Of a stretch of DNA of 52,761 nt, positions 18,179-28,200 are shown one piece after another. Positions within the stretch are counted from its first letter, which is position 1. Each line of letters opens with the position of its first letter. Both the position numbers and the translations under genes were made by a program. This DNA comes from Pirellulales bacterium (GTDB lineage Bacteria > Planctomycetota > Planctomycetia > Pirellulales > PALSA-1355). The notes under the pieces are model-generated. The model ran no database searches, was not told where the DNA came from, and worked only from the letters and a program-made list of their open reading frames with translations. The stretch covers positions 1 to 52,761 of the forward strand of contig JBGSYQ010000147.1 in assembly GCA_041750795.1 (NCBI GenBank), given 5' to 3'.

Positions 18179-18310
18179 GGCCGAGCACTATGCCCGAGGT
18201 TTGAAGGAGGAGAAGTGAATGAAGTTGACAGAATCGCTAGTTAGGTGCATCGTGCCGCTTGAATCCGCATCGGGTTCGAGCATTCTCGGCCCTCAATGTG
18301 AGGGCCTTTT
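18179..18310. promoter_or_regulatory. Fold-back element with TTGAAT-N16-CATTCT promoter-like arm and terminator (putative ssDNA promoter, copy 2)
   Basis: GGCCGAG/CTCGGCC and CCCGA/TCGGG pairings; GGCCCTCA-atg-TGAGGGCC-TTTT terminator. Confidence 0.5.
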
Positions 18311-18379
18311 CTTCTATGTACTCAAAAGAACGGTAGGCATTGCTGCCCACCGCTCCGTTGCGATTTCCCTCCATCGCAT

Positions 18380-18625
18380 CTACACAACGACGGCTTCTTC
18401 CTTTTCGTCGGCGACATAGCTGAGCGCCATTCGCAGAACCTCGATCGCCGACGGAAGTTCAGCCATCGACAGCGAACTCGTGTACTGACGTTCGCCGTCC
18501 GCCATGTAACTTTTCTGCAGGCTGACCGTTCGAAACACTCGATCGTTGCCGGCCTCTTGCACGAAGATCGATGCCGATACGTCTCCGATTCTAAGAATGC
18601 GTTCAGGCTTCTTCTTTTCTGCCAT
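18380..18625 (-). CDS. Small putative ssDNA-binding (PC4/Whirly-like) protein
   Basis: KPERILRIGDVSASIF...RTVSLQKSY..DG...YTSSL beta-rich pattern followed by a helix; GGAG RBS. Confidence 0.55.
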   Translation of the reverse strand: MAEKKKPERILRIGDVSASIFVQEAGNDRVFRTVSLQKSYMADGERQYTSSLSMAELPSAIEVLRMALSYVADEKEEAVVV

Positions 18626-18802
18626 CGGACTTCTCCAAACTGTGAAGTGAAGGAAAACAATCGCTCCTTTCTGGCGACATGCCAAAAAGGGAGAGACGAT
18701 AGCACTGCCGGATCACGATGACCAGTGAATCGAAGGCATTTGGACTTGTATAGAAATGCAAGTAGAATCTGGCTTCTGTACACGACCATCGAGGACTTGC
18801 CT

Positions 18803-19429
18803 ATGTCTGCAAAGATGCCATCGACGCATCCCGAACTGCTTGAACGGGTGAAGGTCGCCCTGAAGAAGTCCCGCTTCAGTTGGAGCTTGGAAGACAATGC
18901 GGCGTGGAGAGAATTTGAGAACCGCTATCGCGCCATCTTCTTGCGTTTGGGCGCCCGCCACGGCCTTAGTCCGGAAGATTGCGAGGATCTTGCTCAGGAG
19001 GTACTCATCGCGGTGCGTAGGCAGCTGCCGGATTTTCTTTACGATCGCGCGGTCGGCCCGTTTGGCGGCTGGCTGATGAGAATTGCACGCTCGAAGGTTG
19101 CCGACGAGTTTCGGCGTCGGAGGAAAACAATCTCGACCGAGCAACCGCCCTCATCCGTGATTCACGTGGGCGGCGTCGACCAAGGCGCCGTCCGGCCCGA
19201 GGACGCCGCCTTGATTGCTGAGCAAATGGACTTACTCTTAAAGGCACAGCGGGAACTCGCTGTTGAAGCAAACCCAGCGCATTTCAAACTCTTCGTCGAG
19301 GTTTGCATTCAAAAGCGACCAGCTGCTGAAGTGGCACGGGAAATGGGAATCGAGCCAGCCACCGCGCGCCAGATTGCTGGGCGAATGCGGCGGCGACTGA
19401 AGGACATTGTGCTTAGACTCGGCGGCTAG
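18803..19429 (+). CDS. ECF-type RNA polymerase sigma factor
   Basis: STHPELLERV, AWREFENRY, EDLAQEV, FGGWLMRIARSK (region 2); AAEVAREMGI (region 4). Confidence 0.9.
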   Translation: MSAKMPSTHPELLERVKVALKKSRFSWSLEDNAAWREFENRYRAIFLRLGARHGLSPEDCEDLAQEVLIAVRRQLPDFLYDRAVGPFGGWLMRIARSKVADEFRRRRKTISTEQPPSSVIHVGGVDQGAVRPEDAALIAEQMDLLLKAQRELAVEANPAHFKLFVEVCIQKRPAAEVAREMGIEPATARQIAGRMRRRLKDIVLRLGG

Positions 19430-19444
19430 CGAATAGGTATCTGC

Positions 19445-22400
19445 ATGCGATGGCGGTGTTGGCCTTTCAAGCGGGCTCTGCGGCAGGAACCAATGCCTGA
19501 TGCCACATCGTCGACCACCGACGGGCCAATCGGACACCAGACGGCTCAAGACATCGCTTGGTTTGACGATTTTCTCGCGAGTCAACGTAGTGCGTTACGG
19601 CGAACCCTCGATGCATCGGACACTCCCGAAGTCCAAGGCCCGATCGACGGTCAACCGCTGCCGGATTTTGGCGGACCGTATCAAGCCACGAGCCTTATCG
19701 GAGAAGGGGCGACGGGGCAGGTCTTCCTGGCAGCGGATCGCGAGTTTTCTCGTACCGTGGCAATCAAGGTTTCGCACCTCGGGCGTGGCGACGATGAAGC
19801 GAATGTGTTCCAGAGGCTGCTTGCACGCGAGCAACGTCACATCGGTCAACTTGAGCATGAGTGCATCGTCCGCGTCTATCGCGGCGGACGTCTGGACGAC
19901 GGTCGCTTGTGGTATGCCATGGAGCATGTACCGGGTGAACCGCTGACAGAATACGCTTCGCGGCATCGCCTGGACTTGAAATGTGCAGTGCAATTGTTCG
20001 TGCAAGTCACCGAGGCCATCGCCGAACTGCACAACCTGGGCATCATGCATGCCGATCTCAAGCCTGCTCATATTCTGATTACGAGCCGTGGGCAACCGAA
20101 GGTGATCGACTTCGGCCTCGCACGCGTGATTGGCACACCAATCGAGTCTAGCCCGCAGATTTCCAATAACGCCGCGCATTCCTGTATCGGGGGCGGAACG
20201 CCCGGCTACCGCGCTCCGGAACTAGCGAAGGGACTGCGTGGCGACCTCCGCTCCGACATCTATTCAATGGGGGTCATACTCCACGAGCTTGCAACGGGGA
20301 GTGTTCCTGTTCAACCCCACGAAGTACCGCACAACTCTGCATGCAATTCGAGACGTCCAGGCGATGCCCTTTCGCTTGTCAAATCACGATGTCCCGCGGC
20401 GTTGCATGCGGTGATACGACGCTGTATGGCCGACAGCCCGGATGATCGATATCCGAACGCGAAGTGCTTGGCAACAGATCTCTCACATTGGTTACATGAC
20501 TTTCCCGTGGAAGCGTTCTGTGTCTCGCTAACGCCCGGCCGAGCCTTGACCTACCGCGCGAAGACGCACTTCCGCCGTAGTCGCAAGTTCATCGCTGTGG
20601 CGGGAATCGTTGCCGTACTAGCATTGATCCTAGCGAGAGGCGCCGTTGAAATATCACGGTCGACTGCCCGCAATGAGGCGCTGATCATCCGCGATCAGCA
20701 AAGGACGGCCGAGGACAAGCGGCGAGGTATTGCTGAGCAGGAACAGGCAGATGCGCGACTGCATCGCGATGCGATTGTCGACACTCGCCAATTGTTTATG
20801 CGAGGCCGGATCGACGACGCCAGCCGTGCTTTGGCACGCGTGCCATATTCCCGGCGTGGGATTGAGTACGACATTTTCACGCGGCAACTGGCTCAGTTTC
20901 CGACTCGGCATCACGTGATCGGCATGCACGACTGGGGCGTCTCGGCGATCCTGGGAAGTGATAGATGTTTAGTGTCGGCCGGACATGACGGGCGGCTCGT
21001 CGTGTGGAGCATGTCTGGCGGGGACGCTCTGTCGCTTCGCGCGGGCCGCTGGTCTTCTTCGTTGGGCCGCTATCTACAACCGTTCGAGGTCGATCCGGAC
21101 GTTCCGGTCGCAGGAGCGGTTATCACTAGTCTCGCTTGGATAAACCACGGACACACTTTCGTTTCCGTGGACTTGGCCGGGGACGTCGTGAGATGGAACA
21201 CATCGGAGAAACAGGGGCAGTTACTGGCCCATCACCAGCGACCGTTGCTGAGCGTCGCCGTAAATCCGGAAACGCGGATGATTGTATTCGGCGATGACGC
21301 CGGCACGCTCACCATTTGCAGCGTCGAGGGACAGGTCGCAAGCAGCATGGCGTACGACGACGACGGCATCACTGCTCTGGCGTCCGCCGGTCCTGACCGT
21401 TGGTGGGTTGGCCATGAAACCGGATCGGTGCGGATTGTCGACGACGATGGAGTGCAAATTGCATCAGCGACGTTGCCTGGTCCTATTTGGCAAGTTGCCG
21501 CGGCAGCGGACGATTCCGTGGCCGTAGCTTGCCAATCTCCGGAGGTACGACTATTACGCTGCGACCCTCAAGTGAGTGAGCTTCGTGAGGTGGTCGCGCT
21601 CAAAGTGCCGAGTTCGGAGCCCACCCGTGCCCAAGCGGTTCATGCGGTGCAGATTTCGCCAGCGGAAGATCGACTGTTCGCAGTCGACGATCTCGGTAAA
21701 CTGGCATGCTTTGAACTGCCTTCCGGCTCTCTTGCATTTAGCAGCGATGACCAAGGCGCTTTTCAGCTCTCTGCCGCGGCTATGCAAAGCTGGCCGACGC
21801 CGCTTCGACGTCGGTCGGCGGGCGTCGCATTTACCGCCCAAGGCGAAGCTTTCGCGACGGCCGGCGGGGACACGCTGATCAAACTCTGGCGCAAGAATCC
21901 GCCCCACTGGCACACGGAGCTTCAGGTATCCGCCCATCCTCGGTTTACTTTTCACGAAACGCACTCCGGCGACCTGCTTTGGGTGATCGATGACACCGGG
22001 CAACTGGCGCTCATCGATGTGCATTCGGGAGACACGTGTGACCGAGTCAGCGTTGGCGAGGATACTGTCGCCGACATCGCCGCCGCCAAGCGGGCGAATT
22101 TAGTGGTGACCGGTTGCGGGCGGACCGTTCATTTTTGGCGTGAGGATCGCCAACACATTCGGTCGGCGTACACACCGATCACGTTTGACGATGACATCGA
22201 CTCGCTCGCAATCGATAGCGAATGCCACCACTTGGCAGTCCAACTCGTCAGTGGACAAGTGGAAGTGCGCGCGCTTCCAGGCGGACGTGCGATCGCATCA
22301 CGCATGTTCGAAGGCACCTCTGCCGGACGACTTGAGTTCGACGGCTCGGGCGGGCATCTGGCGTTGCTCGCGGGAACGACGACCCATGTTCTAGACGCAA

Positions 22401-23983
22401 CGACGCTGGAGACACAAGCCAGCTTCGAGATGTCCGTGGGCAAGGGAACTGCACTCGCCTGGCATCCGACCAAATCTGGCGTGATCGTCACCGGAGACAG
22501 AGTGGGCCGCATGGCAAGCCGGCCGGAAGCCTCGTGGCCCACTCAAGCCGAAGAGTGGGCTGGCGGAAATCCAGTAGTCGACCTCGCGTTTACCGCAAAC
22601 GGAAACCGCATGCTAGCGGCCACTTCCACCGGGCGGCTGATCGTCATCGAGCCCGATCGCTTGGGCCCGTTGCATTCATTCGAGGTTGCACCCGGCGTGG
22701 CATCGCCAGCGACGCAAATGGCACTGTCTCCAAACGGGCAGTTCGCGGCGATAGGTCACGAGGACGGCACCGTTCATCTGCTACGACTCGCAGAATCACT
22801 GCCACCGCAGCCGATGACAACCCATATGTGGGTCGAGCGCGTGCATGCTACCGGCGCCGAGGTACCTAACGCGCGAGTTCACCCTTGGTCGGCCGCAATC
22901 GACGCTCAGGGATTTCTCCACGCAATCTACCTACAAACGGTTCCCGATACTCCAGCGGACTGGCGGCTGGTTTTGGGTCGCGAAACAAGCGCCGGTTGGC
23001 AGGCCATCACGCTCCGAGATTACGGGGCCTTGCCACAACGTGGCGTCGATGCGCTTGATCGCTCGCATACGCTTCGTATCGTGGGTGACCGTCTTTTTGC
23101 TTTCGCTAAGTTGGACGTTGATGCGTCCAAGGATCACGCAACGGCACCGCATCTAATCGTCGGCACTGTCGAGGCCGGCCGCGACCGCGTCGACGACAAG
23201 CTTCCAGTTAACTTAAATCCTCACGCCGGATTCGATCCATTTCTGGTTCCAATGAATCGGGCGCTGCCGTCGGTCGTGCACTTTACACACGCTGGCCATT
23301 ACCTGCTGCGCTCGACGCATGACGGAGCCCACTGGCGGACCACACGCATGGGCCGCCAGGGAGATGGCTATCGGTTTCACGCCGTCGCCAACGAGTCGCA
23401 CTTGTACCTATTGTTCCGGCCGACTCGATTCAACGGCGACCGTGCATTACCGGTCGTGCTCGCTGTACCGTTGACAGCCGAGGTGTCACGGTCGGTGGAA
23501 ACACGCGACCATTTCAGCACCGAGTTCTATCCGACCGTATTAGGATTAACCCTGCTCCAAAACGGTGAACCGGCGATTCTCTACCGAACGCGATCTCCTG
23601 ACGCGCACCAGCAACTCCGTCTTGCACTTCGCCAAGGCAACCGTTGGCAGCATCATACGATCTTCAATCGAGAGCCGCTCCAGCTAGCCATGTCTGACCT
23701 GCTGATGAGCCCCCGTGGCGAAGTCGCGTTCGCGGCAGCAAGCCATGTCGATGGCGATGTGTGGCACATCACAGTCGCGGACGGCAGGGTAAACGTCGAG
23801 CGCGTATTGCGAGGCCCTGGCCGGGCGTCCACCAACTTGCCGCAGCAGGTCGACTGTGCCCTTCATTACGCTCCCGATGGCCGACCTGTCGTACTCGTCG
23901 TTTGCAGTTCTCCAGACGCCGGCTACCTCCGCACATTCCGCCCGGATTTCCAGGTCCCAAGCGATACTTCGCCGCACCCCTGA
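19445..23983 (+). CDS. Ser/Thr protein kinase with TM segment and WD40/beta-propeller C-terminus
   Basis: GEGATGQV, VAIK, HADLKP, DFGLAR, GTPGY.APE, SDIYSMG; WD-like repeats (SAGHDG.LVVW, TAGGD.LIKLW). Confidence 0.9.
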   Translation: MRWRCWPFKRALRQEPMPDATSSTTDGPIGHQTAQDIAWFDDFLASQRSALRRTLDASDTPEVQGPIDGQPLPDFGGPYQATSLIGEGATGQVFLAADREFSRTVAIKVSHLGRGDDEANVFQRLLAREQRHIGQLEHECIVRVYRGGRLDDGRLWYAMEHVPGEPLTEYASRHRLDLKCAVQLFVQVTEAIAELHNLGIMHADLKPAHILITSRGQPKVIDFGLARVIGTPIESSPQISNNAAHSCIGGGTPGYRAPELAKGLRGDLRSDIYSMGVILHELATGSVPVQPHEVPHNSACNSRRPGDALSLVKSRCPAALHAVIRRCMADSPDDRYPNAKCLATDLSHWLHDFPVEAFCVSLTPGRALTYRAKTHFRRSRKFIAVAGIVAVLALILARGAVEISRSTARNEALIIRDQQRTAEDKRRGIAEQEQADARLHRDAIVDTRQLFMRGRIDDASRALARVPYSRRGIEYDIFTRQLAQFPTRHHVIGMHDWGVSAILGSDRCLVSAGHDGRLVVWSMSGGDALSLRAGRWSSSLGRYLQPFEVDPDVPVAGAVITSLAWINHGHTFVSVDLAGDVVRWNTSEKQGQLLAHHQRPLLSVAVNPETRMIVFGDDAGTLTICSVEGQVASSMAYDDDGITALASAGPDRWWVGHETGSVRIVDDDGVQIASATLPGPIWQVAAAADDSVAVACQSPEVRLLRCDPQVSELREVVALKVPSSEPTRAQAVHAVQISPAEDRLFAVDDLGKLACFELPSGSLAFSSDDQGAFQLSAAAMQSWPTPLRRRSAGVAFTAQGEAFATAGGDTLIKLWRKNPPHWHTELQVSAHPRFTFHETHSGDLLWVIDDTGQLALIDVHSGDTCDRVSVGEDTVADIAAAKRANLVVTGCGRTVHFWREDRQHIRSAYTPITFDDDIDSLAIDSECHHLAVQLVSGQVEVRALPGGRAIASRMFEGTSAGRLEFDGSGGHLALLAGTTTHVLDATTLETQASFEMSVGKGTALAWHPTKSGVIVTGDRVGRMASRPEASWPTQAEEWAGGNPVVDLAFTANGNRMLAATSTGRLIVIEPDRLGPLHSFEVAPGVASPATQMALSPNGQFAAIGHEDGTVHLLRLAESLPPQPMTTHMWVERVHATGAEVPNARVHPWSAAIDAQGFLHAIYLQTVPDTPADWRLVLGRETSAGWQAITLRDYGALPQRGVDALDRSHTLRIVGDRLFAFAKLDVDASKDHATAPHLIVGTVEAGRDRVDDKLPVNLNPHAGFDPFLVPMNRALPSVVHFTHAGHYLLRSTHDGAHWRTTRMGRQGDGYRFHAVANESHLYLLFRPTRFNGDRALPVVLAVPLTAEVSRSVETRDHFSTEFYPTVLGLTLLQNGEPAILYRTRSPDAHQQLRLALRQGNRWQHHTIFNREPLQLAMSDLLMSPRGEVAFAAASHVDGDVWHITVADGRVNVERVLRGPGRASTNLPQQVDCALHYAPDGRPVVLVVCSSPDAGYLRTFRPDFQVPSDTSPHP

Positions 23984-24001
23984 AGATTTCTTGATTTTTT
24001 G

Positions 24002-24028
24002 TGTCACGCTGCGCGACGTTTCAGCGTA
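24002..24028 (+). promoter_or_regulatory. Possible ECF-sigma promoter TGTCAC-N17-CGTA
   Basis: Motif lies just downstream of the ECF-kinase pair and upstream of the exported-protein genes. Confidence 0.35.
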
Positions 24029-24102
24029 CTAGATCAATAGAAACCGTGCGCATCTGCTTGCAGCACCGTAGGAGCGTATTTTTCTTTGTCGCAAGAAACT
24101 CC

Positions 24103-24130
24103 TTGACGCAAGCCCATCAACGACTATCCT
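24103..24130 (+). promoter_or_regulatory. Sigma70-like promoter TTGACG-N16-TATCCT
   Basis: Near-consensus hexamers upstream of the PEP-CTERM gene. Confidence 0.45.
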
Positions 24131-24160
24131 CATGACAACAAGTACCTCATAGGGCTGCTA

Positions 24161-25123
24161 ATGAGCAACGACCTACGTCTGTGTTTTGTCACGCCGTTCG
24201 AGGCGTGCGGACTTAGTTCCTACTGCTCAATAGCGAGGTCACCTGTGAGTTCCAACCCTGAAGTCGTCGCAAGTCGTGTTTTTGCACTGTCTCGCTGCAT
24301 CCGATTTGGAGCAGCGCTGATTTTCGTTCTCAGTGCTAGCTCCACCGCAAACGCCGCGTTCACTCACACGCCTTTTGGTCCCAACGGCGAAGGTGGGTCG
24401 ATCAACGGACAAGTTCTCTTCTTTGGCTCTGGCGGCGAAGTGTTCGAGTTGGACGCGTTTGTAAATATAGGGGGCCTGGACCTCAATGGGGTCGCACCCG
24501 GCACTAGCGCTCAACTCTCCATCAATCCATTGCCCGCCGGTCTCTCCTTTGCCTTCTCTTCTGAACTCAGCCCTGACGAATCCGATCTCACGCTGACCTA
24601 CACGTTGTCGAACACTTCCGGGGCCACGTTTCCGGCAGTGTGGTTCGGTTTCTTTATCGATCCCGAAATCGACGTGGCGATCAACGACTACTTCAACGAG
24701 GCGGGGCTCCCCTTCGGTACGCTAGGTCCCGGCGGCGGAGGTTCGGCTGACAGTTGGGAGATCGACGAGCCTGGCTACGTCTTCGGAGACGTATTCAGCA
24801 ATCTCTTGAATGGTGACTTGGACAACACCAACGCAGTCCCAGAATCCGCCGCCGATGACGTATCGCTGGCATTGGGGTTCACCTTGGGCGATATCGTTCC
24901 CGGCGGATTCGCCACGATCACGATCCTGCTGTCGGACGACGGTGATACGATCGGCACGTTTGCCCTGCAAGCCTATGACACCGATCCACAATCGTTTGAT
25001 GATCTAACCGTGTCTGGAATTGCGACTGTTGTCGTGCCTGAGCCATCTACGAGCGCCCTAAGTCTGATTGTGGTCGTCGCGCTACTCTTGCGAAGTGGGG
25101 TGCGGCGCCATTGGGGCTCGTAG
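24161..25123 (+). CDS. PEP-CTERM sorting-domain surface protein
   Basis: Signal-peptide-like segment ending ANA; C-terminal VPEPST + hydrophobic helix + RR. Start uncertain. Confidence 0.85.
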   Translation: MSNDLRLCFVTPFEACGLSSYCSIARSPVSSNPEVVASRVFALSRCIRFGAALIFVLSASSTANAAFTHTPFGPNGEGGSINGQVLFFGSGGEVFELDAFVNIGGLDLNGVAPGTSAQLSINPLPAGLSFAFSSELSPDESDLTLTYTLSNTSGATFPAVWFGFFIDPEIDVAINDYFNEAGLPFGTLGPGGGGSADSWEIDEPGYVFGDVFSNLLNGDLDNTNAVPESAADDVSLALGFTLGDIVPGGFATITILLSDDGDTIGTFALQAYDTDPQSFDDLTVSGIATVVVPEPSTSALSLIVVVALLLRSGVRRHWGS

Positions 25124-25212
25124 CCCTTGGTATTTCGCTCACGATACCAGCAATACGAATTCGCACCACTAGTCGGAAAACTTGGAGGTCCCGCCGTTCG
25201 GGAGCATAGCGG

Positions 25213-28200
25213 ATGGCCAGCATACGGAACAAAGTGAATCATCGTGCCCGACGCCTTCAAATCGAGCACCTTGAGGAAAGACGCGTTCTATCAGGTGAGC
25301 GCGCCACAGAGATCGTCGATCTACTAGATTCTGACGTGAGCGCGAACGAGCAAGCGGTTAACTCGATTGGTCCCCTTGTCCGAGCAAGTGACGAGTTCGG
25401 CTCAGTTGTGCCTTTGGCGGCGCTAGCCGTGCCGACCGGGTTGAACCCGCAGGCCAACGGCGCGCAGTCGGTCGTCATCAACTGGAACAACGTCAGCGGC
25501 GCCACCCACTACAAGCTCGAACGTGCTACCTCCTCGGGCGGCCCCTGGACCCAGATCTATTTCTCCGCCGCCTCCCAGTACACCGACGCCGGCGCGCACT
25601 TGAACCCCAACACCACCTACTTCTATCGCGTCCGCGCCGGCAACACCGGCGGCGAGTCCGCCTTCACCGCGCCGGCCTCCACCACCACTTTCCCAGCCGC
25701 ACCCGCCGTGCCGACCGGGTTGAACCCGCAGGCCAACGGCGCGCAGTCGGTTTTCGTTGATTGGAATGCTGTTATTTCAATAGGAGATTACTTCCTGGAG
25801 CGATCGACTTCACCGAGTGGACCGTTTTCGCAAATCGCGATCCGCTCACCAAGCCAAAGCAACTACATTGACAGTGGCCCGCATCTATCCGCTTCCACAA
25901 CGTATTTTTACCGTGTGCGATCAAAGGTTACAGGCATCTTCTCCGATTACTCAGCAGTCGCCGAAGCGAAGACATTCGCCGAGCCAACCGAATTCGATCC
26001 GGGCCCGCGAATCATCTCGCCCGCATCAGGCTCGTTTGGAACTCTCACTGCCCCAGTGAGCTATATCGATGTGACCTTTTCAGAACCAATCGATCCGACG
26101 AGTTTCACACCAGCCGATATATCCCTGCGTCGCGGCACCGCCATTATTCCCGTCCAGCAGCCAACCCACCAAGGCGACAACGTATGGCGGATTCCGTTCG
26201 CGGCACAGACCGTGCCCGGGATCTATACCTTGATCGTTGGTCCCAATATCGCCGATCTTGCTGGCAATCTTATGAACCAGAACGCCAACACGGCTGGTAG
26301 TTTCGTGAGCGCTTTCCGCATCGCGCCGATCCCGCCGCCGGGAACGCCGCAAGGCTTGACTGCCCAGCTCACAGGCAATTCGGCCGTTGCCTTAGACTGG
26401 AACGACGTCGCAGGGGCAGACTCGTACGCGCTTTATCGCTCGACGTCGCCGACCGGCCCTTGGGAATTGCAGAGGCCGTTGTACCAGGGATCGCAATCAC
26501 AGCATCACGACGTGGGATCGTTCTTGACTCCAGGTCAAAAATACCACTACGCAGTTCGGGCCTCGAATTCGGGGGGCTACTCGGCGCTGTCGAGTTTCGT
26601 ATCGGTGACGATCCCCTTGAGTGCGCCGCTGGGCCTCGACCGCTGGTGGGCAACGGCGGGTGACGGGGAACTTTCAGTGACCTGGACCGTCGAAGTTCCG
26701 GAGGCGGGAGAATGGTATTCGTTAAACGTTTTTGGTGGCTGGGGGCTTTTCGGTTCTCGGGTGGTCGTTCTAACCGAGCCAGGAATGCCGACGGCGAACT
26801 TCAATATTGACAAAGGTTATTTCGACGCGGATCTGCCCGAGCTTTCGGCCGGAGTGCACCAGTTTCGAATCGATGCTTTTCACGTCCCAGACAGCGTAGG
26901 ATTGTGGCCAATGAAGCTGTCCCTTACCACCTGGGCAGATCAAGTCGCGACCATGACGACCACTCTGATCGCCGATCACAGCCCCGACATTGGCGGGGCG
27001 TCGCCCCGGGGTGAGTACCCGGTCGGCGACGGCAAAAGATCCTTTAGTCCCGAAGACCTTGTGCGGCACTTCGCGCCGATTCTGCACTTCGACAACGGCG
27101 AAGGAAGCGGATCTGGTGGTGAACGATACGCGGTGCCGTTTCCCGTCGAACGCTCGCTGGGAGCGGATCTCACCCGGGAATTTGGACTAGGTAGCAACAT
27201 GGAGGCCCTCGATCTGACAACCTGGGACAGTGGATCGTTCACCCCTGAGAACTCTCCAGCGGCGATCTATGCCTCACTCCTGTACGATGTGAGCCACCAA
27301 GAACTGGCGATCAACTATTACTTTCACTATCCGCTCAGCAATTGGAAGCAGCACGGAGGATTTAACATTCACCAGGGAGACTGGGAAGGCGTGACGATTT
27401 TTCTCGGGCGAGAAGGACGCGCTTGGGTTCCAAGGCGAGTCTCCCTCGCACAACACGTGGATTTTGTTGGAGTTGGTGGTGTCGAGACAATTGAATGGAG
27501 CGACCTGAGCATCGACCGCGATCATGGAGGGGAACGCGTCGACCTATACGTCGGACTTGGCGGTCACGCCACATACGCATATAGCGATATCACGCCATGG
27601 CCACCTCTATGGCAGGATGAATATCATCGCGGTAATGGAGCGACATACGTTCCCTCTCCGTCAGAAGTTGTTTATCTCCATCGTTTAGATTCGCCTGATG
27701 CATTCGATTGGGTGCGATTTCCCGGAAAATGGGGGCTCACGGGCGACTCGCCACGGGGTCCGGCTTTTCAAGGTCTAGACTATGTAATCGACGCCTCGGG
27801 CCTCCGCTGGCTGGACCCGTGGGAGTGGGCCGACCGATGGTATCTCCCACCAGAACCCGCTCCGCTCTCGTCGACCGTCAAAGGCTCCTTCTCAGATCCA
27901 CGAAATTGGGCGACGGACGCGGACCGCCAACTCGCCACGCAAGCTGCCTTGGCCCTGACAGCGGTCGATGAGATCATCGAACTCTCGCCGCGCCAGCAGC
28001 AGCGTCTATCCGCCGGCCCTGAGGAAAAGGGCGTGGAGACTCGCTCTCGCGAGGAGCGGAGTATGGTAATGACCCCTATCAGGCCGGAAATCGCTTCAGC
28101 CGCGGAGCGTGCGCTGATCGCAATAAGTGATGACGAACCATGGGAACTGGCCGACGCTCAAGCGGACGACTTGATTGTCACGCTCGATCGTGTCACGCGG

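Noticed and set aside
18264-18290. GGTTCGAG as a tRNA T-loop or att remnant
   Set aside because: No cloverleaf, and no extended match to the tRNA-Val 3' end.
24885-24895. TGGGCGATA match to the tRNA 3' end as a second att site
   Set aside because: Only 9 bp and inside an intact CDS; expected by chance.
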